A stretch of DNA of 64,000 nt from Opitutia bacterium (GCA_947478395.1 CANJVR010000001.1:544001-608000); one strand, 5' to 3'. Numbered from the stretch's first letter, positions 30,741-41,392 are shown. Translations and numbers: made by a program. Notes: generated by a model not told the origin, from the letters alone.

Positions 30741-33166
30741 GATTTGGGGGCCGCCGGAGCGCGGAGTCGGAATTGCGGGGTGTTGACGATACCGAGCACG
30801 AGGCTCGAAAAACGATAATCGGCGGCGGGGAGTTGAGCGGCGATTTTGCGAACCGCGCTTCGATCCGACGGCGTGAGGCCGCGGCCCAAAGCATAAGTGA
30901 GCAGCTTGTCGCTAATGCACTCCGCGAAGTCCATTTTGTCCACCTTTAGAATGCCCGCGAGCTCAAGCGGCCCGTTGAACGTCCGCCCGTCGGGCAAAGC
31001 GCCCGAGGCGTCGACGGGAAACTTCCCGTTATCGTCCCGCCACGCACCAACCGCATCGAAATTCTCCAGCCCGAAGCCGAGCGGATCCATTCGCACATGG
31101 CACGAAGCACACACCGGATTAGCGCGGTGCAGTTCAAGCTGTTCGCGCATCGTCTTCGTCACGCCGATCGCTTCCTCGCCGAGACTCGGCACATCGCCGG
31201 GCGGCGGAGGGGGCGGAGAATTGAGGATGTTTTCGAGAATAAACTTTCCCCGCAGTACCGGCGACGTGCGATTAGCATAGGATGAAACCGTCAACACACT
31301 CGCATGCGTCAGCACGCCCTGACGCCGCGCCTCCCGCGGCAGCGCCACTTTCCGAAATCCGATCCCTTCGACGCCGGAAATCCCGTAATACTCGGCCAGC
31401 CGCTGGTTGAGGAAACTGTAGTTCGCCTCGACGAAATCGAGTACGCTCCGGTCTTCCTGCATGATGTAGCCGAAAAGCTTTTCTGTCTCCTGCTGCATCG
31501 ACATGCGCGTGTAGTTCGTGAAGTGCTGAAACGCTTTCCGCTCCACCGTGTGCGACTCCAGCGCGCGAAATTGCAGCCACTGCCCGCCAAAATTCTCAAC
31601 GAGCGCGAACGCCTTTGGGTCCTTGATCATCCGCCGCACCTGCGCGTCGATCGCGCCGGGCTGTTCGAGTTTTCCCGTGTCGGCCAGCCGCAGTAATTCG
31701 TCGTCCGGCATCGAGCTCCAGAGAAAATACGAGAGGCGTGTCGCGAGCTCGTGCGGACTCACCCCGACGGCCGACGCCGCCGGCGGATCGCGTTCCAACC
31801 GAAAAATGAAATTCGGCGAGATCAACATCCGCGTGAGCGCCAGCGTTAGTCCTTCCTCGAAGGAATCGCCGTCCCTTTGCACCAGCTCGACCAGCTTCAC
31901 CAAAGAATCGACCTCGTCGTTGCTCACCGGCCGGCGGTAGGCGCGATGCGCCAAGTCAGAAATGATTTCACGCGCGCGCGCCGCGGAAACTTTCCCCGCC
32001 GCCGGAGGGGCGCCGTGATAAAGTTTCTGCAAACTCTCCGCCGTCGGCCCCTTCGTCTGGTTAAACGGCCCGGTGACGATCAGATTGTTGATGAAATGCT
32101 CGGTTGGCGATTTGCCCACACGCTGGGTGCTCTCGTTCGGATTCGGCGCGCCATACGCCGCCGGCAGGCGCTCGTAGATCTTGATCAACGACACGGCGAG
32201 CCAGTGCTCGCCGGCCGCCACCCGCGTGCGAATCGTCTCGTGCAATCCGTTCATCTCGCCGCCGGGTCCGATCGGCACGCTCACCTCTTTGATGAGCTTC
32301 CCGTCGATCCAGAACGCCACGCGACACGGGTCGGAGCCGATCGGTTTAAACCCGCGCACAAAACCTGTCAGGTCGTAGTCCGCCTCGACCGGAAATCGGT
32401 GCGTCACATGCAGCGAATATGGCATGCTCAGCCCCGTTTCGTCGTAGACCTGTTTTACCGCCTTCGTCGTGTCGAAATCGATGTACCACGGCTGGTGCGT
32501 GTACGACGTCGGCTTCACCGCCTCGACGCCGTAAACCGCCGTGCGCGAGACCTTCTCCGCGGCCTTCAGGTATTTCTCCGTCAGCAACGGCGAAAGCGAA
32601 AGCACATCGCCGTTGTTATCGAAGCCGTAACCGGAGTCGTCCGGGGGAAAATCGTCCGCCGGCATGAAATTCACCCCAAGCAGATCACGCACGGTGTTGT
32701 TGTACTCGGACCGGTTCAGCCGCCGCGGTGCCACGCGCCCGACATACGCCGGCGCCGCCGCATCCTGGCGGTCAAACTCGGCGAGCAGCCACGTCGTCAC
32801 GGAGCGCAACTCGGCGGCATCGGGACGCGGCTCGTCTTTCGGCGGCATTTCGCCGTGGCGGAGTTTGTCGTAGATCGACTCCCACTTCGTCCTATCGGTC
32901 TGCAGCGAGTGCGCTTCGGTGAGTGGCTCCAGGTCCAGTTTGCCCTTCTGAGTCGCTGAATCGTGGCAGTCCATGCAATTGCCGGCGATGAACGGCTGCA
33001 CGATTTTTTTGAAATCCGCCGCACGCGCTTCAATCCGCGCCGGATTTAATTCTGACGGGCCCGGAGCAGGGACGCCAGCGGCTCTCCCGCCACTGGTCCC
33101 CGATAGCAAAGCGAAAACCATGATCACGCCGGGGGCCGTGTGTCGAAAAGCCAGCATGAAAAACAT
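30737..33166 (-). CDS. DUF1592/1587/1588/1595/1585 multidomain c-type cytochrome-like protein
   Basis: CMDCH and CASCH heme motifs, RRLNRSEYNNTVRDLLG, RLSYFLWSSMPDDEL, RTSPVLRG, YALGR. Confidence 0.9.
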   Translation of the reverse strand: MFFMLAFRHTAPGVIMVFALLSGTSGGRAAGVPAPGPSELNPARIEARAADFKKIVQPFIAGNCMDCHDSATQKGKLDLEPLTEAHSLQTDRTKWESIYDKLRHGEMPPKDEPRPDAAELRSVTTWLLAEFDRQDAAAPAYVGRVAPRRLNRSEYNNTVRDLLGVNFMPADDFPPDDSGYGFDNNGDVLSLSPLLTEKYLKAAEKVSRTAVYGVEAVKPTSYTHQPWYIDFDTTKAVKQVYDETGLSMPYSLHVTHRFPVEADYDLTGFVRGFKPIGSDPCRVAFWIDGKLIKEVSVPIGPGGEMNGLHETIRTRVAAGEHWLAVSLIKIYERLPAAYGAPNPNESTQRVGKSPTEHFINNLIVTGPFNQTKGPTAESLQKLYHGAPPAAGKVSAARAREIISDLAHRAYRRPVSNDEVDSLVKLVELVQRDGDSFEEGLTLALTRMLISPNFIFRLERDPPAASAVGVSPHELATRLSYFLWSSMPDDELLRLADTGKLEQPGAIDAQVRRMIKDPKAFALVENFGGQWLQFRALESHTVERKAFQHFTNYTRMSMQQETEKLFGYIMQEDRSVLDFVEANYSFLNQRLAEYYGISGVEGIGFRKVALPREARRQGVLTHASVLTVSSYANRTSPVLRGKFILENILNSPPPPPPGDVPSLGEEAIGVTKTMREQLELHRANPVCASCHVRMDPLGFGLENFDAVGAWRDDNGKFPVDASGALPDGRTFNGPLELAGILKVDKMDFAECISDKLLTYALGRGLTPSDRSAVRKIAAQLPAADYRFSSLVLGIVNTPQFRLRAPAAPKS

Positions 33167-33411
33167 TTTCCTAAACGGGAGCAGCCGGGGTGGCCGCTCG
33201 GGGTTGTGGCATCACGAAAACGCACGCAATCTTTGTGTCAATGCGCGCGACGAGGTTTCCTGCGCCAGCACTCCTCTCGCTCGCCGACCAAGGCGCGGAG
33301 ATGGGAGTGAGGTAACACCAGGCGCCCGAAGCCATCTGCAGCGGAAGTGCAAACGCCGCGCTCCTTCGCGAGTCACCGCGGGCACCAGGTTTTGCTCTGA
33401 ACATACGGGCA

Positions 33412-36400
33412 TCAAAAACTGACGGTCGTCGACAACGTGATCTTGCGCGGTTCCTCGACGAAGAAGCCGGATAATATCTGCTGGCGCGGATTACCGTTAA
33501 GGAGCTGATTGGCCGTGACCAAGTTCCACGCCGCGCCGCTGCCGGCCGTGTTGCGGCCCCAAGTTGGCTCTTTGTTGTCGAAGGGGTTCGTAATGTTGAT
33601 TTGGAACCGGGCCTGATATTTTCCGAACCGGCGGGTGTAGTTGGCACCCGCAGAGTAGACGTAGCTTGGCGGCACCCAGAGATAGTCGAACGCGGCCTGC
33701 GCGGTTTGCTTCGCGGTCGGAGTGGTGGTGTTAAATTTGATCTGGGGATCGACGCTGTTGTACTTTGTATGGCCGCGATAGTTGACCCCGGCTACGACGG
33801 CGAAGCCCCGCAGTTTGCCTTCGCGGAAGGCATACCTGCCGCTGAAATTGATTCGATGGCGTGCGTTGTTATCAGCGAGCGTGCCCGTGGTCAGTCCATT
33901 GAGGCTGTTTTCGATGTTCAGGAGCGCATCCCGGACGAGTTGCGTGTTGAGCGTCGTGCGCCCGCCACCGTTGGGGACCACCACGCCATTCCCCAATGCC
34001 GCCCCCGCTTGCCACTCGGCCAGGTGATCGGCGATATACGCCTGGCGAAAGACGCTCTCCGATTGAATATAAGAAAGGGGATGCGAATAATTGGCCGTGA
34101 GCGTAATATTGCGCGTTGGATTCGCGGTCAACTCCACCTCCCAGCCTTCCAATTTGCGCGCCGAGAGATCCGAGTAGTTGAACTCCGCGGTGGTCAGGGC
34201 CGGATTGGTATAGCCGAGGTTAAGCCAGATGTTGCGAATGTCCGCCTGGCTACCGAAGCCGCTGACGATGTTCTGCTGATCGGTGTTATAGTGCGAGACG
34301 GTCAGGTAGACCTTGCCGCCGGGGACCGAGTAACGCAGGCCAAAATCCACGGTCTTGGCACTGCTCGCCGGAGCGGGCTCACCCGTGATGAGGGCGGCTG
34401 AATTGCCGGTTCCGGGCGCTTGATTATTTTCCGAGTAGTTGGCCACAAACCCCAAGGGGAACAGCCAGCGGAGGGTTCCTTCGCTGCGCATCGGAAAGGG
34501 GTAGGCGACCACGCCAGCAGCCGAGGACTGATTACCCGCGGACCGCTTGATATGCACCCCCGGAGCTCCGCTCCCGAGGACGTTCTGGTAGTCGGGCGCG
34601 CCGGTGGAGCCGAAGCGAGGCAGGTTATCGACGTCGCTGTCGTCCTTCCGGAAACTGGCGGAGATGGCCAGCTTCTCGTTGAAGAAGGCCGATTGCGACG
34701 ACAAGGACCCGTATTTCAGCGTCCGATCTGTCTTGGTACCCGCGGTCTGAACATTGACCCATTTGCCGGGCATCACTTTGTTCGGATCGGTCAGCACCGG
34801 CGCATACCTTTGGCGGGGATCCTCCCAATAACGGCGAAAAGTGAGGGCGTTCACGGAGTTGAAGGGGTCGGCCTGCAGCGGATTGTCGACTCGGCGCCAG
34901 GCATCGCTCATCGTTTCATTTTTCGTCATCCGGTAGCCGACGTTGACCGTGAGCAGCTGCTTGTAATCGAATAAAGATGGCTTGAAGAAGCGGTAACTGG
35001 CGATCCCCCGGACCTCGTTCACGGCGTCCTGGCTGTAACCGCGAACCTGGGCGACGTCGGCGTAAACCTTGAGAAATTTCGGATTGGCGCGCCCGTCTGG
35101 CAGCAGCCGGTTGACATCGATACGAGCCTCATTGGGGGTATTCTGTAGATAGCGCGGCATGATGTCGTATACGTTCTGGGTATAACCAAGCTGCAGGGAG
35201 AGGTTGCCCACGCGATGCTCGGCCGTGACCGCCAGCGTCTGGCCGTCGCGATCAATGATCTGGTCACTGCCTGGGAGGGTGAACTTCCGGTCAAAACTGC
35301 TCGGGAACGATCTGAAGGGCGAAGCCGGAACGTTGGGATTGCCCGTATAAGGGATGCGGAAGTTGGTGCCCCGGGTGCGATATTGATTACCCTTGTAATT
35401 CAACATTTCGTTGATGCCAAAATTCCAAATGAATAAATCATTCGTGGCACTGACCTGTTCCAAGCCGACTGAGGTCAGGGAAGCGGCGGCGTTGCTCAAC
35501 AGCGCTGAGTTGTCGCTGTTAACCGTGGTGTTGTTCCAAAATTGAGTCGAATCCTGGATGGTGAAACTGAATATGTTTCGTTCCTCTGCGACTTTTTCGA
35601 ATGAGGCGGTGATCTGGGTATTGTCGGTCACCTTGACGACCCCGCCGATCGTGATGCCGTTTTTTCTCCGGTTCATGTCGCTCTGGTAGGGGGGCTGGTT
35701 CTCCTTCAGCAGGTTCAAGCGCAGCGCGAAGCGATCCCAGCCCTTGTTGTAGTCCAAGGTGGCGCGGTAGCCTTCCCAACTGTCGATCTGCCCACTCAAC
35801 GTGGTCGACGTGAGGTTAAACCGCCCCCGCTTGCTGCTACTGCCTTGGCGGCCACCGGGGCCACCGTCGCCGAACATCGTCGAATCGGGCCCTCGGGTGA
35901 ACTCGAATCGTTCAGAGTTATAGCTGTCGGCAATGCCGAAGTTCAGGTTGCCGTCACGGGTCGGGAAGTTTCCATCGGACGGTGCGCCGCGGAATTGGGC
36001 GCGATACGTCGCGCTCGTGTCCGTGGTGGAATTGGGCGTCGCGCTCTCGAGTTCCATCCCGACGGTCCACATCGCGGCATCATTGATATTGGTGATATTG
36101 AAGTCCTCTAGAAACTCCTTCGTCATGATCGAAATCGCGCCGGGTGTGATCGCGAGCGGCGTGTCGACGCGGCCGCCGGAAAGCGTGTTGCCTGCGGCAT
36201 AGCCCACGTCCTTCGACGTGGAGACCTCAAAGGGCGTGAGCACGATGGCCGCATTTGCCTTGGATTCGTCGGCTCGCATTTCCTCGAGTTCGGCTGGATC
36301 GAGGATGCCGTTTTTGTTTTGGTCGTATTTGGCGAGGTTATCCCGCGCGGGAGGCGGAGTAGTTGGCGTCTGCCCATACACGTGTATTGCAGCGAAGACG

Positions 36401-36459
36401 CTGAGCATCGACGCAAGAGCACGACCGATAAAAAACGACATGGGGTTCAATGCAGGCAT
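33412..36459 (-). CDS. TonB-dependent receptor with N-terminal EF-hand motif
   Basis: VLTPFEVS TonB-box-like segment, GYAAGNTLSGGR plug, RGPDSTMFG, terminal F; DQNKNGILDPAE loop. Confidence 0.88.
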   Translation of the reverse strand: MPALNPMSFFIGRALASMLSVFAAIHVYGQTPTTPPPARDNLAKYDQNKNGILDPAELEEMRADESKANAAIVLTPFEVSTSKDVGYAAGNTLSGGRVDTPLAITPGAISIMTKEFLEDFNITNINDAAMWTVGMELESATPNSTTDTSATYRAQFRGAPSDGNFPTRDGNLNFGIADSYNSERFEFTRGPDSTMFGDGGPGGRQGSSSKRGRFNLTSTTLSGQIDSWEGYRATLDYNKGWDRFALRLNLLKENQPPYQSDMNRRKNGITIGGVVKVTDNTQITASFEKVAEERNIFSFTIQDSTQFWNNTTVNSDNSALLSNAAASLTSVGLEQVSATNDLFIWNFGINEMLNYKGNQYRTRGTNFRIPYTGNPNVPASPFRSFPSSFDRKFTLPGSDQIIDRDGQTLAVTAEHRVGNLSLQLGYTQNVYDIMPRYLQNTPNEARIDVNRLLPDGRANPKFLKVYADVAQVRGYSQDAVNEVRGIASYRFFKPSLFDYKQLLTVNVGYRMTKNETMSDAWRRVDNPLQADPFNSVNALTFRRYWEDPRQRYAPVLTDPNKVMPGKWVNVQTAGTKTDRTLKYGSLSSQSAFFNEKLAISASFRKDDSDVDNLPRFGSTGAPDYQNVLGSGAPGVHIKRSAGNQSSAAGVVAYPFPMRSEGTLRWLFPLGFVANYSENNQAPGTGNSAALITGEPAPASSAKTVDFGLRYSVPGGKVYLTVSHYNTDQQNIVSGFGSQADIRNIWLNLGYTNPALTTAEFNYSDLSARKLEGWEVELTANPTRNITLTANYSHPLSYIQSESVFRQAYIADHLAEWQAGAALGNGVVVPNGGGRTTLNTQLVRDALLNIENSLNGLTTGTLADNNARHRINFSGRYAFREGKLRGFAVVAGVNYRGHTKYNSVDPQIKFNTTTPTAKQTAQAAFDYLWVPPSYVYSAGANYTRRFGKYQARFQINITNPFDNKEPTWGRNTAGSGAAWNLVTANQLLNGNPRQQILSGFFVEEPRKITLSTTVSF

Positions 36460-36962
36460 AGTAGTAGGGGGGGAACGGACACGATCTGACTGGTTTTCGC
36501 TGCTGCGCGAATCGGTTTAGGGGTAACCGAAAAAAGGGATCGAAGAGGGGCGGACGCAGATTCAAGGCCGATGATCAACTGTCAACCTCCCACATGCAAA
36601 ACCGGTTAGCAGATGCCTATTTCGGACGCGATGACGCCGCGGCTTTCCCACCGGCCTCCATTTCGGAGACACTAGCACCGAGCGTTATCCCTTGGTGGCA
36701 CTGCACGGCCATCCGCAGTGCAGATCCGTGAACCAGGTCCGCCCAGGGGCCGCATCGCGACTGCCTCTCGTTTCAAATATCCGCGAGAAAATGCCGGGAG
36801 AAGAAACCGGCCACTCCCACGTGCGCTCGCCTCCGTCGCCGTTGCGGGACCGTCCAAATCTGGCACCCTTGTCTCAGGTGCGCCGTCGCCCAACCTCGGA
36901 CCGCCCCAAGTCTCGGTTCTGTCTTTCGCACAGGTGGACTCGCCCTCAGTGTTATTTTCTCC

Positions 36963-38174
36963 ATGAATTTCCGTCCCACATTTCTTCGCTCCGTCGCACT
37001 GGCCAGCGCTGCATTACTGCCGCTCCTCACCTCCGGAGCTGAGGATAAATTCGCCGGCGTACCCACTGCCGTTCAGCCCTTCGTCGACCAGGGTGAAATC
37101 TCCGGCGCCGTCATGCTGCTGGCCGATCGCGATCACGTCCTGCATGTTTCCGCCGTCGGGCAGAGCGATCTCGCGACCGGGCGCAAGATGCGCACCGACG
37201 ATATCTTCTGGATCGCGTCCATGACGAAGCCGATGACCGTCACCTGCGTCGCGCTCCTCGCCGATGAAGGGAAGCTGGGCTTCGACGATCCGGTCGAGAA
37301 ATACATCCCGGAGTTTCGTCGTCTCTGGCTCCAGCAAGACCAGACCGCCGATCATCTCTCGCTCGTGAAGCCGGCGCGGCCAATCACGCTCCGCGATCTC
37401 GCCACGCACACGAGCGGTCTCGGCGAATACACCGTGACCGATCCCCATTGGAGCCTCGCCGCCATGAGCAAGGTCCTGTCCCGCGAGCCGCTCCGTTTCG
37501 CGCCGGGTAGCCGATGGGGTTACTCGACGGCGGGCATCGACGCCCTCGGCCGCGTGGTCGAAATCGTGAGCGGGATGCCGTTTTCCGACTTCATGCAAAA
37601 GCGCATCCTCGATCCGCTCGGCATGAAGAACACCACCTGGTGGATTTCACCCGAACAGGAAAAACGCCGCGCGCACACCTACGTGCTCAACGCCCAAACC
37701 AAAAAACTCGAAGAGACGCCCATCTTTTACATGTACAGCGGGGCGGTCACCGATCACGCGCGTCCGCCTCTCGGCGGTGCGGGATTGTTCTCCACCGCGG
37801 AGGATGTCGCGAAGTTTTATCAGATGATGCTGCACGGCGGGGAATTCGCCGGTAAACGCATCGTCAAGGCCGAGACCGTTGCGGAGATGACGCGCAAGCA
37901 AACGGGCGAACTGCGCGCCCGCGCCGGCATGCCATGGGGACTCGGTTTCTGCGTCGTGGAAGATCCGCAACAAATGGAGGCCAATAAAATCTTTTCGCCG
38001 GGTACCTTCGGCCACGGCGGTGCGTTCGGCACCCAGAGCTGGGCCGATCCAACCCGCGGCCTAGTTTATGTTTTCATGATCCAGCGCGACAAGATCCCGA
38101 ACAACCCCGACAACTCGCCGATGCGCCGCGCTTATCAGGACGGAATCGTCGCCGGGCTCGCGGCCGGAAAATAG
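36963..38174 (+). CDS. Serine hydrolase, beta-lactamase/AmpC-like family
   Basis: FWIASMTK (SxxK), LATHTSG, PGSRWGYS, FGHGGAFGT; signal peptide. Confidence 0.88.
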   Translation: MNFRPTFLRSVALASAALLPLLTSGAEDKFAGVPTAVQPFVDQGEISGAVMLLADRDHVLHVSAVGQSDLATGRKMRTDDIFWIASMTKPMTVTCVALLADEGKLGFDDPVEKYIPEFRRLWLQQDQTADHLSLVKPARPITLRDLATHTSGLGEYTVTDPHWSLAAMSKVLSREPLRFAPGSRWGYSTAGIDALGRVVEIVSGMPFSDFMQKRILDPLGMKNTTWWISPEQEKRRAHTYVLNAQTKKLEETPIFYMYSGAVTDHARPPLGGAGLFSTAEDVAKFYQMMLHGGEFAGKRIVKAETVAEMTRKQTGELRARAGMPWGLGFCVVEDPQQMEANKIFSPGTFGHGGAFGTQSWADPTRGLVYVFMIQRDKIPNNPDNSPMRRAYQDGIVAGLAAGK

Positions 38175-38202
38175 CAACATCCACCGCCTTCCTGGGAAAA
38201 AA

Positions 38203-38284
38203 TGCAGGCGGGGTGCCCCCACCCCGCAACGTCGCCGCCAACGAGCGATCACCTCAAACACGGGGTGAGGGCTCACGGCCCACA
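38203..38284. repeat. REP-like inverted pair (TGTGGGC..GTGCCCTCACCC family; half copy also at about 22965-22988)
   Basis: TGCAGGCGGGGTGCCCCCACCCCGC...CGGGGTGAGGGCTCACGGCCCACA, compared with CGCGGGTGAGGGCACACCGCCCACA at 22965. Confidence 0.55.
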
Positions 38285-38296
38285 CCCAAACACTTT

Positions 38297-41251
38297 ATGC
38301 GCCTCGCTGTTCTCCTCCCCGTGCTCGCCGCAACTTACCTCGGCGCCTCCGCCCTGCACGCCGCACCCGAAACCAAATCCCTCGCCGGCGAGTGGCGCTT
38401 TGCGCTCGATCGCACCGCGGAACAGCGCGAGCCCAGCACCAAACCGGTGCTGCCTTTTCCCGTCGGCGACGGCGTGACCCAGGAGTGGTTCAAGCGCGCC
38501 CTGCCCGAGCGCGAGCGCATCAAACTCCCCGGCGTGCTGCAGGCGCAGGGCTTCGGCAATCCGATCAGCACCTCGACGCCGTGGGTCGTCGCGCTCGGCG
38601 ACGCCTGGTGGAATCTCCAGCCGGCGGCGTTGCGCGATCACTTTTCCCAGCCGGGCAAAGTGGAAGTTCCTTTTCTCGCGCAACCGCCGATGCACTACCT
38701 CGGCGCCGCGTGGTATCAGCGTGAGATTGACGTACCGGACGCCTGGAAAGGAAAACGCCTCGCGCTCTTCCTCGAACGGCCGCACTGGGAAACTACCGTC
38801 TGGCTCGACGACCAAAAGATCGGCTCCAACAACAGCCTCGTCGCCCCGCACGAATACGAGCTCGGCCTCGCCACTCCCGGCAAACACCGCCTCACGATCC
38901 GCGTCGACAATCGTCAGGTCGTGCGCGACGCGCAAAACGACGGCCACGGCGTCGACTCGCACGCCATCTCCGATGCGCTCGGCGCCACCTGGAACGGCAT
39001 CGTCGGCCGCATCGAGGTGACTGCAACTTCGCCCGTCTGGATCGACGACGCCCAGGTGTTCCCGAACGTCGCGCAGAAATCCGCCGCGATTAAGGTGCAC
39101 ATCGGAAATGCCACAGGACAGAGTGGTGTTGGCACGGTTTCCGTTGGAAAAATTTCCGCGCCCGTGAGCTGGGACCATTCCGGGGGCACCGCGACGATCG
39201 AGGTTGCCTTGGGCGAGCAGGCCGCGACTTGGGATGAATTTCACCCGACCCTTCAGCACCTCACCGTCACTCTGAAAAGCGCGAACGCGAGTGCCGAAGA
39301 CTCCCGCAACGTCACCTTCGGGCTCCGGGAAATCGTCGGGCGCGATCACGATCTCATCCTTAACGGCCGCGTCGTGAATCTCCGCACCACGCATTTTGGC
39401 GGCGATTTTCCTCTCACCGGCCATCCCGCGATGGATGTCGCGGCGTGGCAGAAAATTTTCCGCACATGTCAGGACTTCGGCCTGAACGGCATGCGCTTCC
39501 ATTCGTGGTGCCCGCCCGAGGCCGCGTTCGTCGCCGCCGACGAACTCGGGTTCTACCTCCAGCCGGAACTCGGGCTCTGGGTGCCGTTCTCCGTCGGCAG
39601 CGTGTACACGAAATACATGGAGGAGGAAACGCCACGCCTGCTCCGCGCATACGGCAATCATCCGTCGTTCGTCCTTTTTTCCCCGGCCAACGAACCCGGC
39701 GGACGCTACACCGAGGTCACACCGAAGTGGGCCAAAGACTGGTACGAAAAAGATCCGCGGCGTCTCTACTCCGCCGGCACCGGCTGGAATAATCCGGCCC
39801 AGGTCAACGGCGGCGCGCAGTTCGCCGCACTCGTGCGTTTCGCCCCCGGTGAGTTGCGCAACTCGACCGCCTGGTTCGGCAAAGATTATCGCGCTGCGCT
39901 CACGAACGCGCACATCCCCGTGCTCGCGCATGAGGTCGGCCAGTGGTGCGCCTACCCGGATTTCGATATCATCAAAAAATTCACCGGCTACCTGCGGCCA
40001 TCGAACTACAATATTTTCCGCACCATCGCCGAGCAAACGGGCGCCCTCGAGTACAACCACGCGTTCGCCCACGCGTCCGGACGTTTTCAATTGATGTGCT
40101 ACAAAGAGGAGATCGAGGCGAACTTCCGCACGCCCGGGCTCGCCGGCGTCCAGTTACTCGACCTCCACGATTATCTCGGCCAGGGCACCGCGCTCATCGG
40201 CGTGCTCGACGCGTTTTGGGAATCGAAAGGCTACGTGACCGCCAGCGAGTTTCGCCGCTTCAGCGGATCCGTCGTTCCGCTCGCGCGACTTGAACAGCGC
40301 ACCTTCACGACGGCTGAAAAACTCACGTCCGACGTCGAGCTCTACAACTTCGCCGATCAGCCCCGCGCCGGCGCGATCCCGTTTTGGAAAATCGTGGATG
40401 CTTCCGGTCGCGCCCTCGTGCAGGGCGAATGGCCGGCCCGTGACCTCCCTCTCGGGAAAAATATTTCGCTCGGCCAAGTCTCGGTCGAACTCGCAAAAAT
40501 TCCGGCGCCCGGCGCCTACAAACTCGTCGTCGGCCTGAAAGGTTCTTCCGTCGAGAACGACTGGAATTTCTGGCTCTACCCGGCGGCCCCGACGGCCGAT
40601 ACACCGACCGACGTGCTCGTCACGTCCACGTGGGCCGACGCCGCAGCGCGGCTCGCCGCCGGCGGCAAAGTTGTCTTCACGCCCACCGCGGCCGAACTCG
40701 ATCCCGCGCGCAGCCCGCCGCTGAAACGCGTGCCGGTGTTCTGGAATATTCAGATGACGGTGCGTCCGCCGACCGCCAACACGCCCAAGTTCGATGCGAT
40801 GCTCGGACTGCTCTGCGATCCAAAACATCCCGCGCTGGCGAAGTTTCCCACCGAGGCGAGTTGCGACTGGCAATGGACGCCGCTCATCGACGGCGTGCGC
40901 TCGGTCAATCTCACGGACGCGCCGCGCGAGTTGAAACCCATCGTCGCCGCGATCGACGACTGGAATCGCAATTGGCGTCTCGGCGTGGTGTTCGAATGCG
41001 CGGTCGGCCCCGGTCGCCTGCTCGTCTCCACCATCAATCTCGCCGGCAACACCCCTGGCGCCCAACAACTGCGGCGCTCGCTGCTCGACTACGCCAATAC
41101 CCAAGCGTTCGCGCCGAAAGCCAAACTCACACCGGAACAGGTCGCCAAACTCTGGTCCCGCGGCCCCGCGGCCGCACCGGCCGCCGCACCGCGCGCGCTC
41201 GACCCCGATCTCGACGACGGCTCCGGCCGCCCCAAATCACAAAAAACTTAA
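38297..41251 (+). CDS. Glycoside hydrolase family 2 (beta-glycosidase)
   Basis: SLAGEWRF, GAAWYQR, FGLREI, NGMRFHSWCPPEA..ADELG, NHPS...NE, HEVGQW. Start ATG 38297. Confidence 0.85.
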   Translation: MRLAVLLPVLAATYLGASALHAAPETKSLAGEWRFALDRTAEQREPSTKPVLPFPVGDGVTQEWFKRALPERERIKLPGVLQAQGFGNPISTSTPWVVALGDAWWNLQPAALRDHFSQPGKVEVPFLAQPPMHYLGAAWYQREIDVPDAWKGKRLALFLERPHWETTVWLDDQKIGSNNSLVAPHEYELGLATPGKHRLTIRVDNRQVVRDAQNDGHGVDSHAISDALGATWNGIVGRIEVTATSPVWIDDAQVFPNVAQKSAAIKVHIGNATGQSGVGTVSVGKISAPVSWDHSGGTATIEVALGEQAATWDEFHPTLQHLTVTLKSANASAEDSRNVTFGLREIVGRDHDLILNGRVVNLRTTHFGGDFPLTGHPAMDVAAWQKIFRTCQDFGLNGMRFHSWCPPEAAFVAADELGFYLQPELGLWVPFSVGSVYTKYMEEETPRLLRAYGNHPSFVLFSPANEPGGRYTEVTPKWAKDWYEKDPRRLYSAGTGWNNPAQVNGGAQFAALVRFAPGELRNSTAWFGKDYRAALTNAHIPVLAHEVGQWCAYPDFDIIKKFTGYLRPSNYNIFRTIAEQTGALEYNHAFAHASGRFQLMCYKEEIEANFRTPGLAGVQLLDLHDYLGQGTALIGVLDAFWESKGYVTASEFRRFSGSVVPLARLEQRTFTTAEKLTSDVELYNFADQPRAGAIPFWKIVDASGRALVQGEWPARDLPLGKNISLGQVSVELAKIPAPGAYKLVVGLKGSSVENDWNFWLYPAAPTADTPTDVLVTSTWADAAARLAAGGKVVFTPTAAELDPARSPPLKRVPVFWNIQMTVRPPTANTPKFDAMLGLLCDPKHPALAKFPTEASCDWQWTPLIDGVRSVNLTDAPRELKPIVAAIDDWNRNWRLGVVFECAVGPGRLLVSTINLAGNTPGAQQLRRSLLDYANTQAFAPKAKLTPEQVAKLWSRGPAAAPAAAPRALDPDLDDGSGRPKSQKT

Positions 41252-41392
41252 GAGCCCAAAAAAATAGCATTTCGCCGGTCGTAGGTCAGCGCGCTGGCCT
41301 TCAAAGGATGAACTGCCCTCCACTCCGTTCCGAAATTCATCCGTGATATCCGCGCCATCCGTGTCCAAAGCTTTAGATTCCAATTTCCCCGC

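Noticed and set aside
36963..38174. Antibiotic-resistance beta-lactamase
   Set aside because: The SxxK serine-hydrolase family is broad; the glycan-esterase context makes an esterase at least as likely.
38273..40090. Long antisense ORFs (also 9581-10579, 21451-22989, 27888-29156, 44756-46015, 46035-47000, 50211-51491, 52131-53537, 55487-57181)
   Set aside because: They lie opposite well-supported genes and have no motifs; they are expected shadow ORFs in high-GC DNA.
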